NCBI GenBank assembly: GCA_035221665.1
Contig: CM069157.1
Span: 25,358,001 to 25,422,000 of the forward strand
Direction of reading: 5' to 3'
From: Okamejei kenojei
Taxonomy: Eukaryota
Length of the DNA stretch: 64,000 nt
Below the pieces are notes generated by a model. The model was given only the letters and a program-made list of their open reading frames with translations, ran no database searches and was not told the origin of the DNA. This document shows positions 1-12,479 of the stretch, piece by piece. Numbering within the stretch: position 1 is the first letter of the stretch; each line of letters begins with the position of its first letter. The translations under genes and the position numbers were made by a program.

Positions 1-465
1 GAACGATCGAAGCTCCCGCAATGGGGGCGGTCGAAGCTGCTGCGTCTTGGAGTTCCCGATGTCGGTCTTTAAGCAGAGACTGTGAACTCCATGATGTTAA
101 AGTCCGCAGGCACCCATGTTGGAGTTCAGAGGTCGATCCCTGGCAAAGGGATTATGCGGCGCCTCAATCGTAAGTCTGCAGGCACCCGCGATGGAGGTCT
201 CGAAGTCGGTCTCCAGCAAAGGCCGCCAATTCCTCGATGTTAGGCCGCAGTGCGGACGGAGAAACGATATGGAAATAAATCGCATCTCCGTCGAGGTAAG
301 AGATTAGAAAAAGTTTCTCCCAACGCACTACCCCACCCCCCACATAAAACAAGCTAAAGAACACAAAAAACATACATTTAGCACATGCTAAAAACACAAC
401 AAAGAAGAAAGGGACAGGCAGACAGTTGGCGAGGCAACTATTGCTGGCGCCAGCCGGTGGTGCTG
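1..465 (-). mobile_element. Non-coding GC-rich interspersed repeat (5' part), same family as 49580-50203
   Basis: Reverse complement (GTTTTATGTGGGGGG...GAGAAACTTTT...TCTTACCTCGACGGAGATGCGATT...CGGCCTAACATCGAGG) aligns by eye to 49587-49710. Confidence 0.65.
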
Positions 466-487
466 GAATCACTGATTAAGGTGGAGT

Positions 488-1070
488 TTAGAGTAGGAGT
501 ACATGGCCTCTTGGAAGGGGATGTGAAAGAGATGACTGGTTCAGGAGTCTGATAGCAGTGGGGAATAAGCTGTTCTTAAGTCTGGACATCTGAGCTTTCA
601 AGCTGTACCTTCTTCCAGATAGACAAGTTTTACACATGTACCTGTACCTGACTGTACTTGTGCATATTACAATAAACACCAAGAGAAAGGGGATAGCCAG
701 GGTTGGAGGTATCCTTGAAGATGCGTTCAGCCATCCTGATGCAATGCATTGTGAAGAAGGACTGGATGAAAGGAAGTAACGAGCCTGCGATGGACTAGGC
801 TGAATTCACCGCTTTCTGCAGGTTCAGGTGGTCAAGAGTGAAGCATTTGCCATACCAGGCACAGATACATCCTGTTGAAATAGTTTCTAAACGCACATCT
901 GTTGATGTTTATGAGAATCCTTGTGGACATGCGCATCTTCTCACACACCCAAGGAAATAAATACGATAATGCATTTTCTTGATTACCACATCAGTGTAAA
1001 GGGACCAGCTTAGATTGCTGGTGATATGAATGCCAGGGAATTTGAAACCATTGATGATCTCTGCAGCAGC
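488..1070 (-). mobile_element. Degenerate Rex1/Babar(L2-like) LINE 3' fragment
   Basis: ORF 488..682 contains SGRRY..RLKNSLFPTAIRLLN, matching the C-terminus [22 protein letters not shown] of the LINE at 32072-32353. Confidence 0.7.
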
Positions 1071-1099
1071 TCCCAGACCAAACTCACATGGTCATAGTC

Positions 1100-2711
1100 A
1101 TGTATATCTCGACTGTTTTATCGATGGTGATCAGGGTCAAGATCACTCTTGGGGTCCTAGCCTTGGGCTCATTCCTGTGACTGGGGAGAACCATCCACTA
1201 CATGACCGTATTAATCTGTTGATTTTCAGATTCTGAGGAGACCGTTCCTGGGGCTCGGACTATCAGGTCTTACGGTGGATGTGATTACTGCGGCCTGGAG
1301 GGATAGTACTAAAAAACAGTGCATCTCTCATATCAAGAAATGGGAGGTGTCCAGCTTGCAATCGAACATATCATATCACACGGCAAGCATATCGGATGTG
1401 CTGGAATTTCTGTCCACACTATATTTTGATGAGCGACTGAGTGCCATCAACAGTGCCAGGAGTGCCTTATCGTCCTGCCTGTGGCAGGGATCGGGACAAC
1501 ACTCTGTTGGGTCTCACCCTTTAATATCCCGGTTCATGACGGGTATTTTTAACAGTAATCCCCCCCAGGCCCAGGTACACGGAGATCTGGGGTGTGAGCG
1601 TGGTCCTCACGCTGCTTCGCCAATGGGCTCTAGCAACATCCCTGTCTTTGCCCAGACTCACTCTTAAAGTGGTCATGTTCATGGCACTGGTTTCAACACA
1701 AAGCGTCCAGACATTGCAGAAGCTGCGACTGGACAGGATGGTTTCATCTGTAAATAACACAACATTTTATGTTTAGGATTTACTTAAGCAGAGCAGGCCA
1801 GGGACGTCAGGGCTTAAACTTATTTTTATGGCTACCCCATAGACCTTCGCCTATGTGTAGTTACGCACTTGCAGCAGTATATCAAGGTCACCAAGAGCCT
1901 CAGAGGCTCCGAATTAACATTTTTTCATCAGTCACAAAAAGCCTCATAAGAAGGTATCGGTACAGACCATTTTAAGGTGGCTGAAACAGGTTCTGGCTTG
2001 TGCCGGAGTGGACACTGACGTTTTTAAATCTCACCAGGGCGGCATCAACGTCAGCAGCGAGGGCACTGGACGTCCCTCTCGACCAAATCCTCACGGCCGC
2101 AGGATGGTCCAATGAACTGACGTTTCAAAGGTTCTATAATAAACCTCTGGCCAGGCCGGGGGTATTTGCCCACTCCATTTTAAATTCTGTTTTATAGCTT
2201 CCCCCTGGGAGAGCGGGGTCGCTATTGTTTTCTTTTTTGCTAATTCAAGCATCAAGATGTTTAAGTCTGTATCATGTTTGAATGCATTATTTATTATTAC
2301 TCATCCTGTGTCAACTGAGGCAGTGTGTCGCATGGACTCATATCCACGGCATGAAATCACAGAGCTTTGAAATCTTCACGGAATCACTCACGTGACTCCG
2401 AAGTAAAATTGTAAGATTAAACGAGAACTTACCAGTTTGAAGTTTGATCTTTATTTTATGAGGAGTTACGATGAGCGATTACGAGCCCTCCGCTCCCAAC
2501 CCTCGTATCATAAAGGTCACCTGGTAGTTCTAGTCTTCTCTAATCTTACTATGTCACTTCGACTACTGTTATCTGTGATTTCACACCGTTGCTTTGATGA
2601 TTGATGCACATGCGGACTGGCGGGCTTCTTCACGTAATCGCTCATCGCAACTCCTCATAAAATAAAGATCAAACTTCAAACTGGTAAGTTCTCATTTAAT
2701 CTTACTATTTT
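1100..2711 (+). mobile_element. 5'-truncated DIRS1-type retrotransposon (end of pol ORF, tyrosine recombinase, ICR, right ITR)
   Basis: Frameshifted YR; ICR 2374-2483 is complementary to the right end 2633-2707 and to the left end of the sister element (8416-8450). Confidence 0.9.
1230..2197 (+). pseudogene. DIRS tyrosine recombinase pseudogene (SAM-like N-terminus plus catalytic domain)
   Basis: Motifs WRDSTKKQ, SAINSARSALS, HPLISRFMTGIFN, LTLKVVMFMALVSTQ, TRAASTS..ILTAAGWSNELTFQRFY split across frames. Confidence 0.85.
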
Positions 2712-4914
2712 ACTTTACAGATCAATCTGCCTTTTGGGTCAAACATGCCACAAAAAGCATTTGGTGGTGAATTAAGTACTTATAAAATGGAGTCTGTGCT
2801 GCAGTGTAAGAAATATGGCAGCAAATTTTCAAAATCAAAGATCCTCCAAACACCAATGATAATCAGAACATTTCTCAGGCCTGGAAGCCATTGAGACAAT
2901 CGAGTCTATGCTGGCTCTGGCATACCTTGCTCTTTCCACAGCTCTGCATATTACTCATTCAGACATGCCTCTTGCATTCTCCTCCTCCTTTGAAGTCCCT
3001 CACTCTTGTTTCAGGGAGGTATGTGTTGTGCTGAATGTGGACTTCAGTATTTGAAACCAGCAGAGGTTGGAGTGGCACTAACTGAGGGGCACATGCCGTT
3101 GCTAGCTGACATGTTGCCTTCCAGTCCTTGTTGATAGAATTCCTTGGATGATATTAGTCAGAATTGGACAGAACTAGTAGTTAAAATGTCGGCACAAAAT
3201 CCACATGTCAGGCTATATTTGATGTATAGGTGTCTGAGCCAAAATGGCCAAATTGTGAACCCATGAATTTAAAGAAGGAAGGGAGAAAGTGAGAACTTTA
3301 CTCAGTTAATTGACATATGGATATTGATCAGGATACCGAGTAGAGCTCACCTGATCTTTCCTGAATAAATCCCTCACAATTATTTTAAAGGACAGGTTGC
3401 GCTTGCATTTAATACCTCATTTCAAAGTCAGCATCTCTGGCAGCCAAGGTCTCTGTGTTCCACAGCAAAATGTCAGCCCTGCAGTGGGCTTGGAAAACAC
3501 AACCTCCAGATTAAAAATCCAATTTGCTGAGCCATAAATATTATGAAATTTGAGAAAGTTCAGCTTTTCAAATTGTTCTTGCTCTTTGCATCTGCACGGT
3601 GCAGTCGGAACCAGTGCAGTCAGACATCACCCACACGTACACAGGATACACTCAGCAGATTGTTCTCATGCAGGCTCCTTGCTCTGTGTGGGGGAATATG
3701 CGCCGGGGAGCTTTACTCGCCTTCACTAGCACAATATGGGGGGTAGGGACAGGGGGTTGTGGGAGGGGCTGGGTGGTGTGAACAAGGACCGACAAGTAAA
3801 TCTAGGTGGAGGGATTGAATGGCAGATGGTTTCAGGTGGGAGAGGGAAGGGTGCAGTTAGTATCAGGATGCATGCACTGACACACACCACTACCTTTTCA
3901 GTAGAAGGTCAACTGTACCAGGCGGTTGTTTCCTGAACACATTGCTCTTCAGCAGCCTGTCTGGGTTCTTCTGAACCCGTGAGAGGACTGTGCTCCCATC
4001 ACTCCCACCAATTACACATGCATTAATTCCTTACCAACAATACCCAGTGGCTAAAAGAGTGCTACATGTATAGTGGTCTGATTCTTTAAGAGCTATTTCA
4101 GGAGGTCGCTGCTTTTGAGGATCTGGTGGTGCAAAAAAAAAAAATGGTGACCGTCGCTTTTTCCCACCAGCCAGACAGTAATTTCACAAATTGTTTAGAG
4201 GCTATCAAAACCTTAGAAATATTCCTGATCTCATTTTAACACCAGAAACTTATGCAGATCAATTTCAAAGTTGTGCTTATGATACAATTTCTGTGTCTCC
4301 CATTCCGAAATCCTAGCTTAATTTCTACATCGCAAGCAATGCTGATAGAATGACTACATTTATTCCACAACACCAACCTTGTCCTGAAGCATTGTGCGGA
4401 TTGTACTGTGAAATACTCCATCACCTAAACTGTAACTTCAGATCATGTCTGGGAGGTATCTGTGTGATTAGTTGCACTACGAGAAACATAAATACTATCC
4501 TCAAGGTACTTACAGTATGTTTAAAAAGTCATTATTTTTTATTCTAGCAGTCCTCCTTGAATTATAATTTTCTTTTAATTTACTGGGGAATTTACATTCT
4601 AAAGCGGTAATGCAGAGTCTGCGGCAGTTCCACTGCCAATAATTTTCCAATTCCAAATGGAGAGTACTTCCAAATATGCAGAATGTTATAAACTATCTAT
4701 ATATAATTCTTCTGCAGACATCCAAATATGGATGTTCAGCCTAACAACTCTGTACGAACGTAATTACTAGAATTGAGAGAATCCTTCAGGGGACTTTATA
4801 CAAAACAAGGTGGATTGAGAGTCATAGAGCCATATAATTATGCAGCACAGGAATCTCTTTAAGCTTCTGAGAAAGTGCCTTATTTTTGATTCTATCTATG
4901 TTCTGGGCTCAGGG

Positions 4915-5775
4915 CAGGTCAACTGGGACCCAGGAAATTGAAGCTGCTATCTCTCTACAGCGACCCACCAATGAAAATTGGAGTGTGGTCTCTGGACTTC
5001 ACCTTTCCAACGTCAACGATTAGTTCCTTGGTCTTGTTGTTGTGGCCGGCACCACTCAACTAGGTGTTCTATCTCTCTCCTATACCTGGCTCATCACCAC
5101 TGGTGATTTTACCAAGAACAGTGGTGAAGATGGCATTGGATCTGTGCTGAGCCACAACGGTCATAGGTATGGAGGGTAGAGCAGTGGCTAAACACCCAGC
5201 CTGAGGTGCACCAGTGTGGATGATGAGTGTGGAAGAGATGTTGTTGCTGATCTGCACTGAGGGAGGACTGCTGATGAGAAAGTCAAGGATCCAGTTGCAA
5301 AGGGAGGTACAGAGGCCCAGGCCTTTATAGGTTGGTGAGGAGTTTGGAGGAGCTGTTGAACGCCGAGCTGTAGTATATAGTGTTATTATATTAATATTAT
5401 ATAGTGTCCAGCATAGAGTGGAGACCCAGTGAGATAGCATCTGCTGTTGACCTTTCATGGAGAACGGCAAAGTGAAGCAGATCCAGGGCATTGATTGGGA
5501 ACGATCAGCCATGATCACAATGAATGACGGTGCTGGCTCGAAGGGCAGAATGGCCTCCTCCTGCACCTGTTTTCTATGTTTCTATGTTTCTATTTCTGAG
5601 GCAGCAGCTGATTGGTGCCACAACTAACCTCAAGAGCATTTCATTGTGGTGGATGTAAGTGCTACTGCATGGTAGTCATTGAGGCAGGTTACCATGCTCT
5701 TTGTGGGCATCGGTACTCTAGATAACCTTTTCAAGTAGGTGCGAACCGCAGAAGTGAGTGATTGAAGATGTCTTT
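4915..5775 (-). mobile_element. Degenerate Rex1/Babar-type LINE RT fragment, interrupted by a CR1 tail at ~5503-5595
   Basis: [20 protein letters not shown] and CLNDYHAVALTSTTMKC motifs, homologous to 32011-33240. Confidence 0.75.
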
Positions 5776-5779
5776 GAAC

Positions 5780-6305
5780 AGATTTAAAGGTGACCTGAGG
5801 GGCACCTTTTTCACACAGGTGGTGGGTTATGGTATGAAGTGACAGAGGAGAATACAATGACAATATTTAAATGCCATATGGAAAGGTACCGGAAAGGAAA
5901 GGTTGAGTTATCTGGGCCAAAATCAGACAAATGGGATTATCTTTGATAGGCATCTAGGCTGAATGAATTGGGCCAAAGGGCTTGTTTCTGTGCTGTGTGT
6001 CACCGTGACTCCAAATCGATGCCAACCACTTTGTCTGTTTATACTAATTCCATTTGCCTATAAGACATTTGTATTCTTTTTGCTTTGTCTATTTATGAGC
6101 CTATCTATTAATATTTGAATATACATGAATTGGATGTGGGTGTAGGAGGCACGATCAGCAAGTTCACAGATGACACGAGGATGCCGTTGATAGTGTGGAG
6201 GATAATTAGACATCAGGGTGATATTGATATCTTGGCAAAATGACAGAGGGATGGCAGAAGGTGTTTAATCAGACAAATATAACATGATGCATTTGGGCAT
6301 TATTA
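5780..6305 (+). mobile_element. Old CR1 fragments (3' end, then RT piece)
   Basis: CR1-type 3' sequence GGGCCAAAGGGCTTGTTTCTGTGCTG; ISKFTDDT-like motif at ~6155. Confidence 0.6.
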
Positions 6306-6333
6306 CTGAGGCAAAGCCTGTGTCTCAGGGTCT

Positions 6334-6396
6334 CTGGTGTTCTGAGCTGGTGTCCTAAGCTGGTGCTCTGAGCGGGTGTTCTGAGCTGGTGCTCTG
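6334..6396. repeat. 13-bp tandem repeat (CTGAGCTGGTGYY) x~5
   Basis: Directly visible. Confidence 0.8.
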
Positions 6397-7653
6397 GTAC
6401 ATTTTTTGAAGATGTAACTAGGAAAATGGACAAGGGAGAGCCAGTGGATGTAATGTACCTGGACTTTCAGAAAGCATTTGATAAGGTCCCACATAGGAGA
6501 TTAGTGGGCAAAATTAGGGCACATGGTATTGGGGGTAGAGTGCTGACATGGATAGAAAATTGGTTGGCAGACAGGAAACAAAGAGTAGGGATTAACGGGT
6601 CCCTTTCAAAATGGCATGCAGTGACTGGTGGGGTACCACAAGGCTCGGGGCTAGGACCGCAGCTATTTACAATATACATCAATGATTTGGATGATGGGAT
6701 TCAAAGTAACATTAGCAAATTTGCAGATGACACAAAGCTGGGTGGCAGTGTGAACTGTGAGGAGGATGCTATGAGAATGCAGGGTGACTTGGACAGGTTG
6801 GGGGAGTGGGCAGATGCAAGGCAGATGAAATGTAATATAGATAAATGTGAGGTTATTCACTTTGGTATAAAAACAGACAGGCAGATTACTATCTAAATGG
6901 CATCGTTGGGAAAAGGGGAAGTACAAAGGGATCTGGGTGTCCTTGTTCGTCAGTCTCTGAAAATAAGCATGCTGGTACAGCAGCAGGCAGTGAAGAAAGC
7001 AAATGGCTGGTTGGCGTTTATAACAAGAGGAGTCAAGTATAGGAGCAAAGAAGTCCTTCTGCAGCTGTACAGAGCCCTAGTGAGACCACACCTGGAGTAT
7101 TGTGTGCAGTTTTAGTCCCCTAATTTGAGGGAGGATATTCTTGCTATCAAGCGAGTGCAGCGTAGATTTACAAGGTTAATTCCCGGGATGGCGGGACTGT
7201 CATATGCTGAGAGAATGGAGTGGGTGGGCTTGCACACTCTGGAGTTTTGAAGGATGAGAGGGAATCTTATTGAAACATATAAGATTGTTAAGGGTTTTGA
7301 CACGCTTGAGGCAGGAAACATGTTCCCGATGTTGGGGGACTCCAGAACCAGGGGCCACAGTTTAAGAATAAGGGGTAAGCCATTTAGAATGGAGACAAGG
7401 AAACACTTTTTCTCACAGAGAGTTGTGAGTCTGTGGAATTCTCTGCCTCAAAGGCCGGCGGAGGTAGGTTCTCTGGATGCTTTCAAGAGAGAGCTAGATA
7501 AGGCTCTTAAAGATAGCGGAGTCAGGGGATATGGGGAGAAGGCAGGAATGGGGTACTGATTGGGGATGATCAGCCATGATCACATTGAATGGCGGTGCTG
7601 GCTCGAAGGGCCGAATGGCCTATTCCTGCACCTTATTGTCTATTGTCTGTTGT
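6397..7653 (+). mobile_element. Relatively young 5'-truncated CR1 (HER1-like) LINE with 16-bp flanking direct repeat
   Basis: YLDFQKAFDKVPH, GVPQGS, KFADDTK, RPHLEYCVQF, RTRGH; TATTGTC-type tail; CTGAGCTGGTGCTCTG at 6381-6396 and 7654-7669. Confidence 0.95.
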
Positions 7654-7849
7654 CTGAGCTGGTGCTCTGACTGTACTTATGGTCCTGTTTGAGGAAGATG
7701 TTCTTGCTATGGAGGGAGTCCTGCAAAGATTCATTAGACTGGCACGAATTGTGCATGAGGATACGGTGCATGAGGCATGTGTTCGCTGGTGTTTAGGAAG
7801 GCCTCTCTATACAATGTCAAATCTGTCATGGGACTGAGTGTTGCAGAGT

Positions 7850-7995
7850 GAATAGACAATAGACAATAGGTGCCAGAGCAGGCCATTTGGCCCTTCGAGC
7901 CAGCACCGCCATTCAATGTGATCATGGCTGATCTCCACAATCAGTACCCTGTTCCTTACTTCTCCCCATATCCCCTGACTCCGCTATCTTTAAGA
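7850..7995 (-). mobile_element. CR1 3' tail (antisense) within an older CR1
   Basis: Reverse complement of 7505-7650. Confidence 0.85.
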
Positions 7996-8415
7996 ATGTT
8001 CCTGGTGGATCCTGAATCCTGAAATCCTGAAGCAGAGCCACAGCCTCAGGGCCCCTCTATGTCATTTACAACCGAGATGCAAGGAATGCTAGATGGCAGT
8101 AAACCTGTAGAATTATCTGCCGTAGAAGATAGAGGACATCATTTCAAGGAGAATGTGGTTCCATGAGCACATTATAGATTGGCAGATCCTGTTGGAGTTG
8201 GTATGGCTGATAGCAATGAGAAGAGTTGAAGTACGTGAATTCCCTCAGCAGTAATTGGCAATAGAGGGGAGAAGTGGTAACCAAAAGCTTTGTCAACTTT
8301 AACAGTCGCTGTTTAGCAACTCTGGTCAAGAAATGCCTCTGTGAACACAACATGATGCACATTGGGACTACTCGACAAACCAGCTGGTAGCATTTTTTGT
8401 CAAGGATCACACTGA

Positions 8416-11400
8416 TTTTACTTCGGTGTCACGTGAGTGACTACGTGAAGAAGCCCCGCCAGAGCGCATGCTTGTCATTACGTCAGATGCATTGGCAAGC
8501 ACCGGACTGGTGGGGCAACGCTCCTGCCGGCGGTAAGTTTCAACCTAGAAGGTAAGTGTTTTTATTTACCAGCGTTCTTTGTTCAAGCAGGAGCCTCTCT
8601 TTCCAGAGGCTTCCTGCCGGATTTATCGGAGGTCCGATGCCTCAGCCGGCTATTTGGGGGGGGGGGGGGGGGACCCCGGTCCGACCGCAGAAGCGGATAG
8701 CCGGCAAAAAGATTGGGTTTCCTGATAACAGCCGCTGACAAAGCAGCCAGTGGCTTCCAGCCTGAGGGGTTGCCGTTTAAATAACGCTAGAGTCGCTGAC
8801 AGTCGGTCAGCAACTCACAGACACGGTGCCCCAGGCATGGAGGTAAATTGGAGCGAGAGAGAACTTGTGCAACCCTATTGGAACTTGGGTGAGTCAGGCT
8901 GCAAGGGTTTCTCTTCGATAATAAGGGTATTTCACCCTTTACAAATTCACACTACCAAATTAGTGAGACTCCACTATAATAGCGCATGCCTTTGGGACAG
9001 GCCGCGCCAGCAACGCCTGGAACAGGTCTGCTTCATGGGAAAAAGCGCCGGCCTCTATGAGAGGCGGCACCTGCAACGCCTGGGACAGGGCTGCTTCATG
9101 TGTGAAAATGCCGGCCTACGAGAGAGCCATGCCAGCGGCGCCTAGGAGAGGGCTGCTCAAGGTCACCCTGTGGCAAAGGGCAGGCCAGTTCGGGTCAATG
9201 GGTTGCTGACACCGAACGTTTTCACAGCGCAGGCCTATGGGGGAGCCGCGCCACAAGCACCTGTTGACAGGGCTGTGTGTATGACCTCCCGTGAGCATCA
9301 ACCGGGAGAGCCAGGGCAGTAGGATGCTGACCCTGAAGTTTGGAGACCCATCATACCAGCACCTCGTTTAGGGCTGTGTGTGACCTCCCGTGCGCATCAG
9401 CCGGGAGAGCCAGGGCAATAGAATGCTGACCCTGAAGTTGGTGTCACTGCTTATGTACATACACCAAAGCACAAGAGCCACGCTCCAGGTGTGCCGGATT
9501 TACCATACCGGTGAAGTCGGGGATGATAATTTGGCCAGCAAAGTAATGGTCCTCACCCATTCCAGGACTTCATAATGGGGGAAAAAATTCACATATCAAA
9601 CACCTGTTTACTGTGCATCGCTCTAAAGGAGCGCATCATGAGGGCGCATGAATTAAGGCTGCAAAAGACCTAAAAAATAAATATATAAAAAACTGGTGGA
9701 AGCAGGAATTATACCCATTTGTTAGTTTAATATTTACGAATAAATATCCAGCCTACGCTCAACCTACGGTTCACAGCCTTGCGCAGATCCTCTAATACCT
9801 AGGGGTATACCTGGACGATGAGACTAAAACTGAGGCCAGGATGCCACCTCAAAAACCATATCCTTTCAGATTATGAAACAGTAAGTGAATATTGGACTGT
9901 ATCCGGGGATCTCGAATAGGTATCTTGGAAGCACATCCACTCGTAAAAAATAGACATAGTTTGGTATTGGGGTTCAATACCACTAACCCTATAGGTGGAT
10001 GATGCATATCAGCCTTAACAATTGTGTCCAATTCCCCAGCCAAAAGGACGATGGTGGGCGTCGAGTCATTCTGGGTCGGAACATACTTAACCCTTAAGGT
10101 CCAGTATAAAAGGTTTAAATAAAAATGTCAGTATTGTAACTGGGATAAAAAAGGGTGTTATATTGGCAGCCATAGATCTGAAAGATAATTATTCAGCTAC
10201 CACACATCTGTTGAGAGGTTAGGTCCTCACCCATCTAATTAAACTTAGATTAGTACCATTTAGAATGATTGGCTTTTTGAGGTCATCATTGGTTAATTAA
10301 CATGACAGTACTTTGGCTAGGGCCACAATTGTAACTAATGTCTCGCGATGTACTAACGACATTCTGACTCAATAACCTTAGTTTACAAACTGATGGGAGC
10401 TTCAGGATGAGGAGCCACTGATATCAAGTCTGGCTGGGATGGCAGGAAAAATGTGAAAGAGGCATTAACCCTGCAGAGGCTGGGGTAAACTACGTAGAAT
10501 TGCTGGGTGTATTCTATGGCCTAAAGAATTCTGCTCAACAAAGCATGATTGCATGTGCAGTTTCAGGTTCACAATACCACAGCTGGTACCCATATCAATC
10601 ACATGGGTAGAATGAGGTCATTATTCTGTAACAGTCTGCCTAGCCTTATCTGGCACTGGTGCATTACAATGAACATCTGGGTCTCAGATATTTACCTATC
10701 AGGTAGAGATAATGCGAAAGTTGCAGACACCAGGTCATGTAACTTCCATGACAAACACAAAATGAATTAAGAATCCAAAAGTTTCAAAATCATTGTTAGC
10801 TGGTATGGATTGCCAGACATAGATCTGTTGTATCTGGGTTAAATTATCAGTACCTGTATTCGGCATGGGAGCTAAATCTGGGGGCAGTAACGGAGGATAC
10901 ATTCTCGCTATATTGGGGATGTATGTTCTTACGCTTCTCCATTTCTTCCTCATTCAATCAATGTCTCACCAAAATAGAGTATGACTACACTTAGGTTTTT
11001 AGTGGGTTCTAAACTGGTCCACACAGCATGGTCCCATTGGTTTGAGACGGATGACACAGCATTCATGATCATCCCAATTACAGCAACTCGTTAGTTCACA
11101 CTGGGACAGGAGGAGAGTTCCCCTTTACATGAGCATATTAATTTATTGATTTGTATCTTCTGACCAGACTGCTACAGGGACTCAGACTATTGAATAGAAC
11201 CGTCGATGTGATTACGATGGTCTGGAGAAATAATACTAAAAAACAATATGTATCTCATATTAAGAAATGGGAGATGTCTAAGACTATATGTAATTACGCA
11301 TCTGAGCTAATAATATCAAGGTCATCAAGAGTCTCAGAGGCTCTGAAACAGCGATGCTCATCAGCCACATAAAACCTCATACAAAGGTGTCAGTACAAGC

Positions 11401-12145
11401 TATTGCTAGATAACCGAAACAGGTTTGCATTTTGCTGGAGTAGACACTGATGTGTTTAAATCACTCCACCAGGGTGGCATCAACGTACGCAGCAAAGGCG
11501 CAGGACGTGCCATTAGACCAAATCCTCACCGCAGGATAGTCCAGTTAAGGAACCTTTTAGGGTTTCTGACAAACCTGTCCTCGCAATGCAAAGATTGGGC
11601 AAGCTGTTTTGGGTTCTGTTTGAGTTCTCCTTTGTAATTTCCCCTGCGAAAGAGAGGTTATTACTGTTGTGTACATTTTTTGATTGTTTAAGACATTTAT
11701 TGTATAAATTAAACAATGTTTGATACATTATTTGGTTATCCTGTGTCAACCAAGGCAGTGTGTCATATGGAACTGTATCTGCAGCATGAAATCACAGAAC
11801 TTTGAAATCTTCACATAGTCACTCACGTGACTCCGAAGTAAAATAGTAGGATTAAATGAGAACTTACCAGTTTGAAGTTTGATCCTTATATTATGAGGAG
11901 TTACAATGAGGGATTACGTGCCCTCCGCTCCCACCCTCATAATCTAAAGGATCATCTGGTAGTTCTAGTCTTCTAAAAGCCTTACTATGTTACTTCGGCT
12001 ATTGGGTTTCTGTGTTTTCACGCCGTTGCTTTGAAGTATGTCAAGCATGCGCTCTGGCGGGGCTTCTTCATGTAATCCCTCATCGTAACTCCTCATAAAA
12101 TAAGGATCAAACTTCAAATTGGTAAGTTCTCATTTAATCCTACTA
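8416..12145 (+). mobile_element. End-to-end DIRS1-type retrotransposon, degenerate, with internal YR deletion
   Basis: Starts TTTTACTTCGG; left ITR 8442-8477 is inverted at ~12040-12074; ICR 11809-11920 is complementary to both termini; remnant RT (KDDGGRRVIL, AAIDLKD), RNase H (NYVELL, NTTAGTHINHMG, KVADTRS), MT-like (PDIDL) and YR pieces. Confidence 0.92.
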
Positions 12146-12479
12146 ATTAAAGTACAAACACACCATCCAGAATCACATTCTACTAACGTCAGAATGGAAA
12201 TTAGAAAGATACAGAATCAAATAGAAATTCTAAATAAGTTTGGAGTGCTTCGAATTTGCACAACTTACAAATGTAATAGAATTTTATTGTCAGAACTATC
12301 AAGTTACCGGTGGCAAATATTCTTACCTGTTGTTTTGGGGTAATGTTTTTTTCAGTATCAGTGATGCAGTAGCTATTGATTGCTGGATATTTGACCTCTA
12401 ATCTGGCTTTTCATATTTGTCATTAAGTAAGCACTGCCATATCTGATTGTTTACTTGAGACAGAAAATTCTGAAAAATC

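Noticed and set aside
1230-2197. Phage integrase or bacterial contamination
   Set aside because: Embedded in DIRS ICR/ITR architecture among vertebrate repeats
4350-4547. Cys-rich small ORF or exon
   Set aside because: No recognisable domain or consistent splice signals
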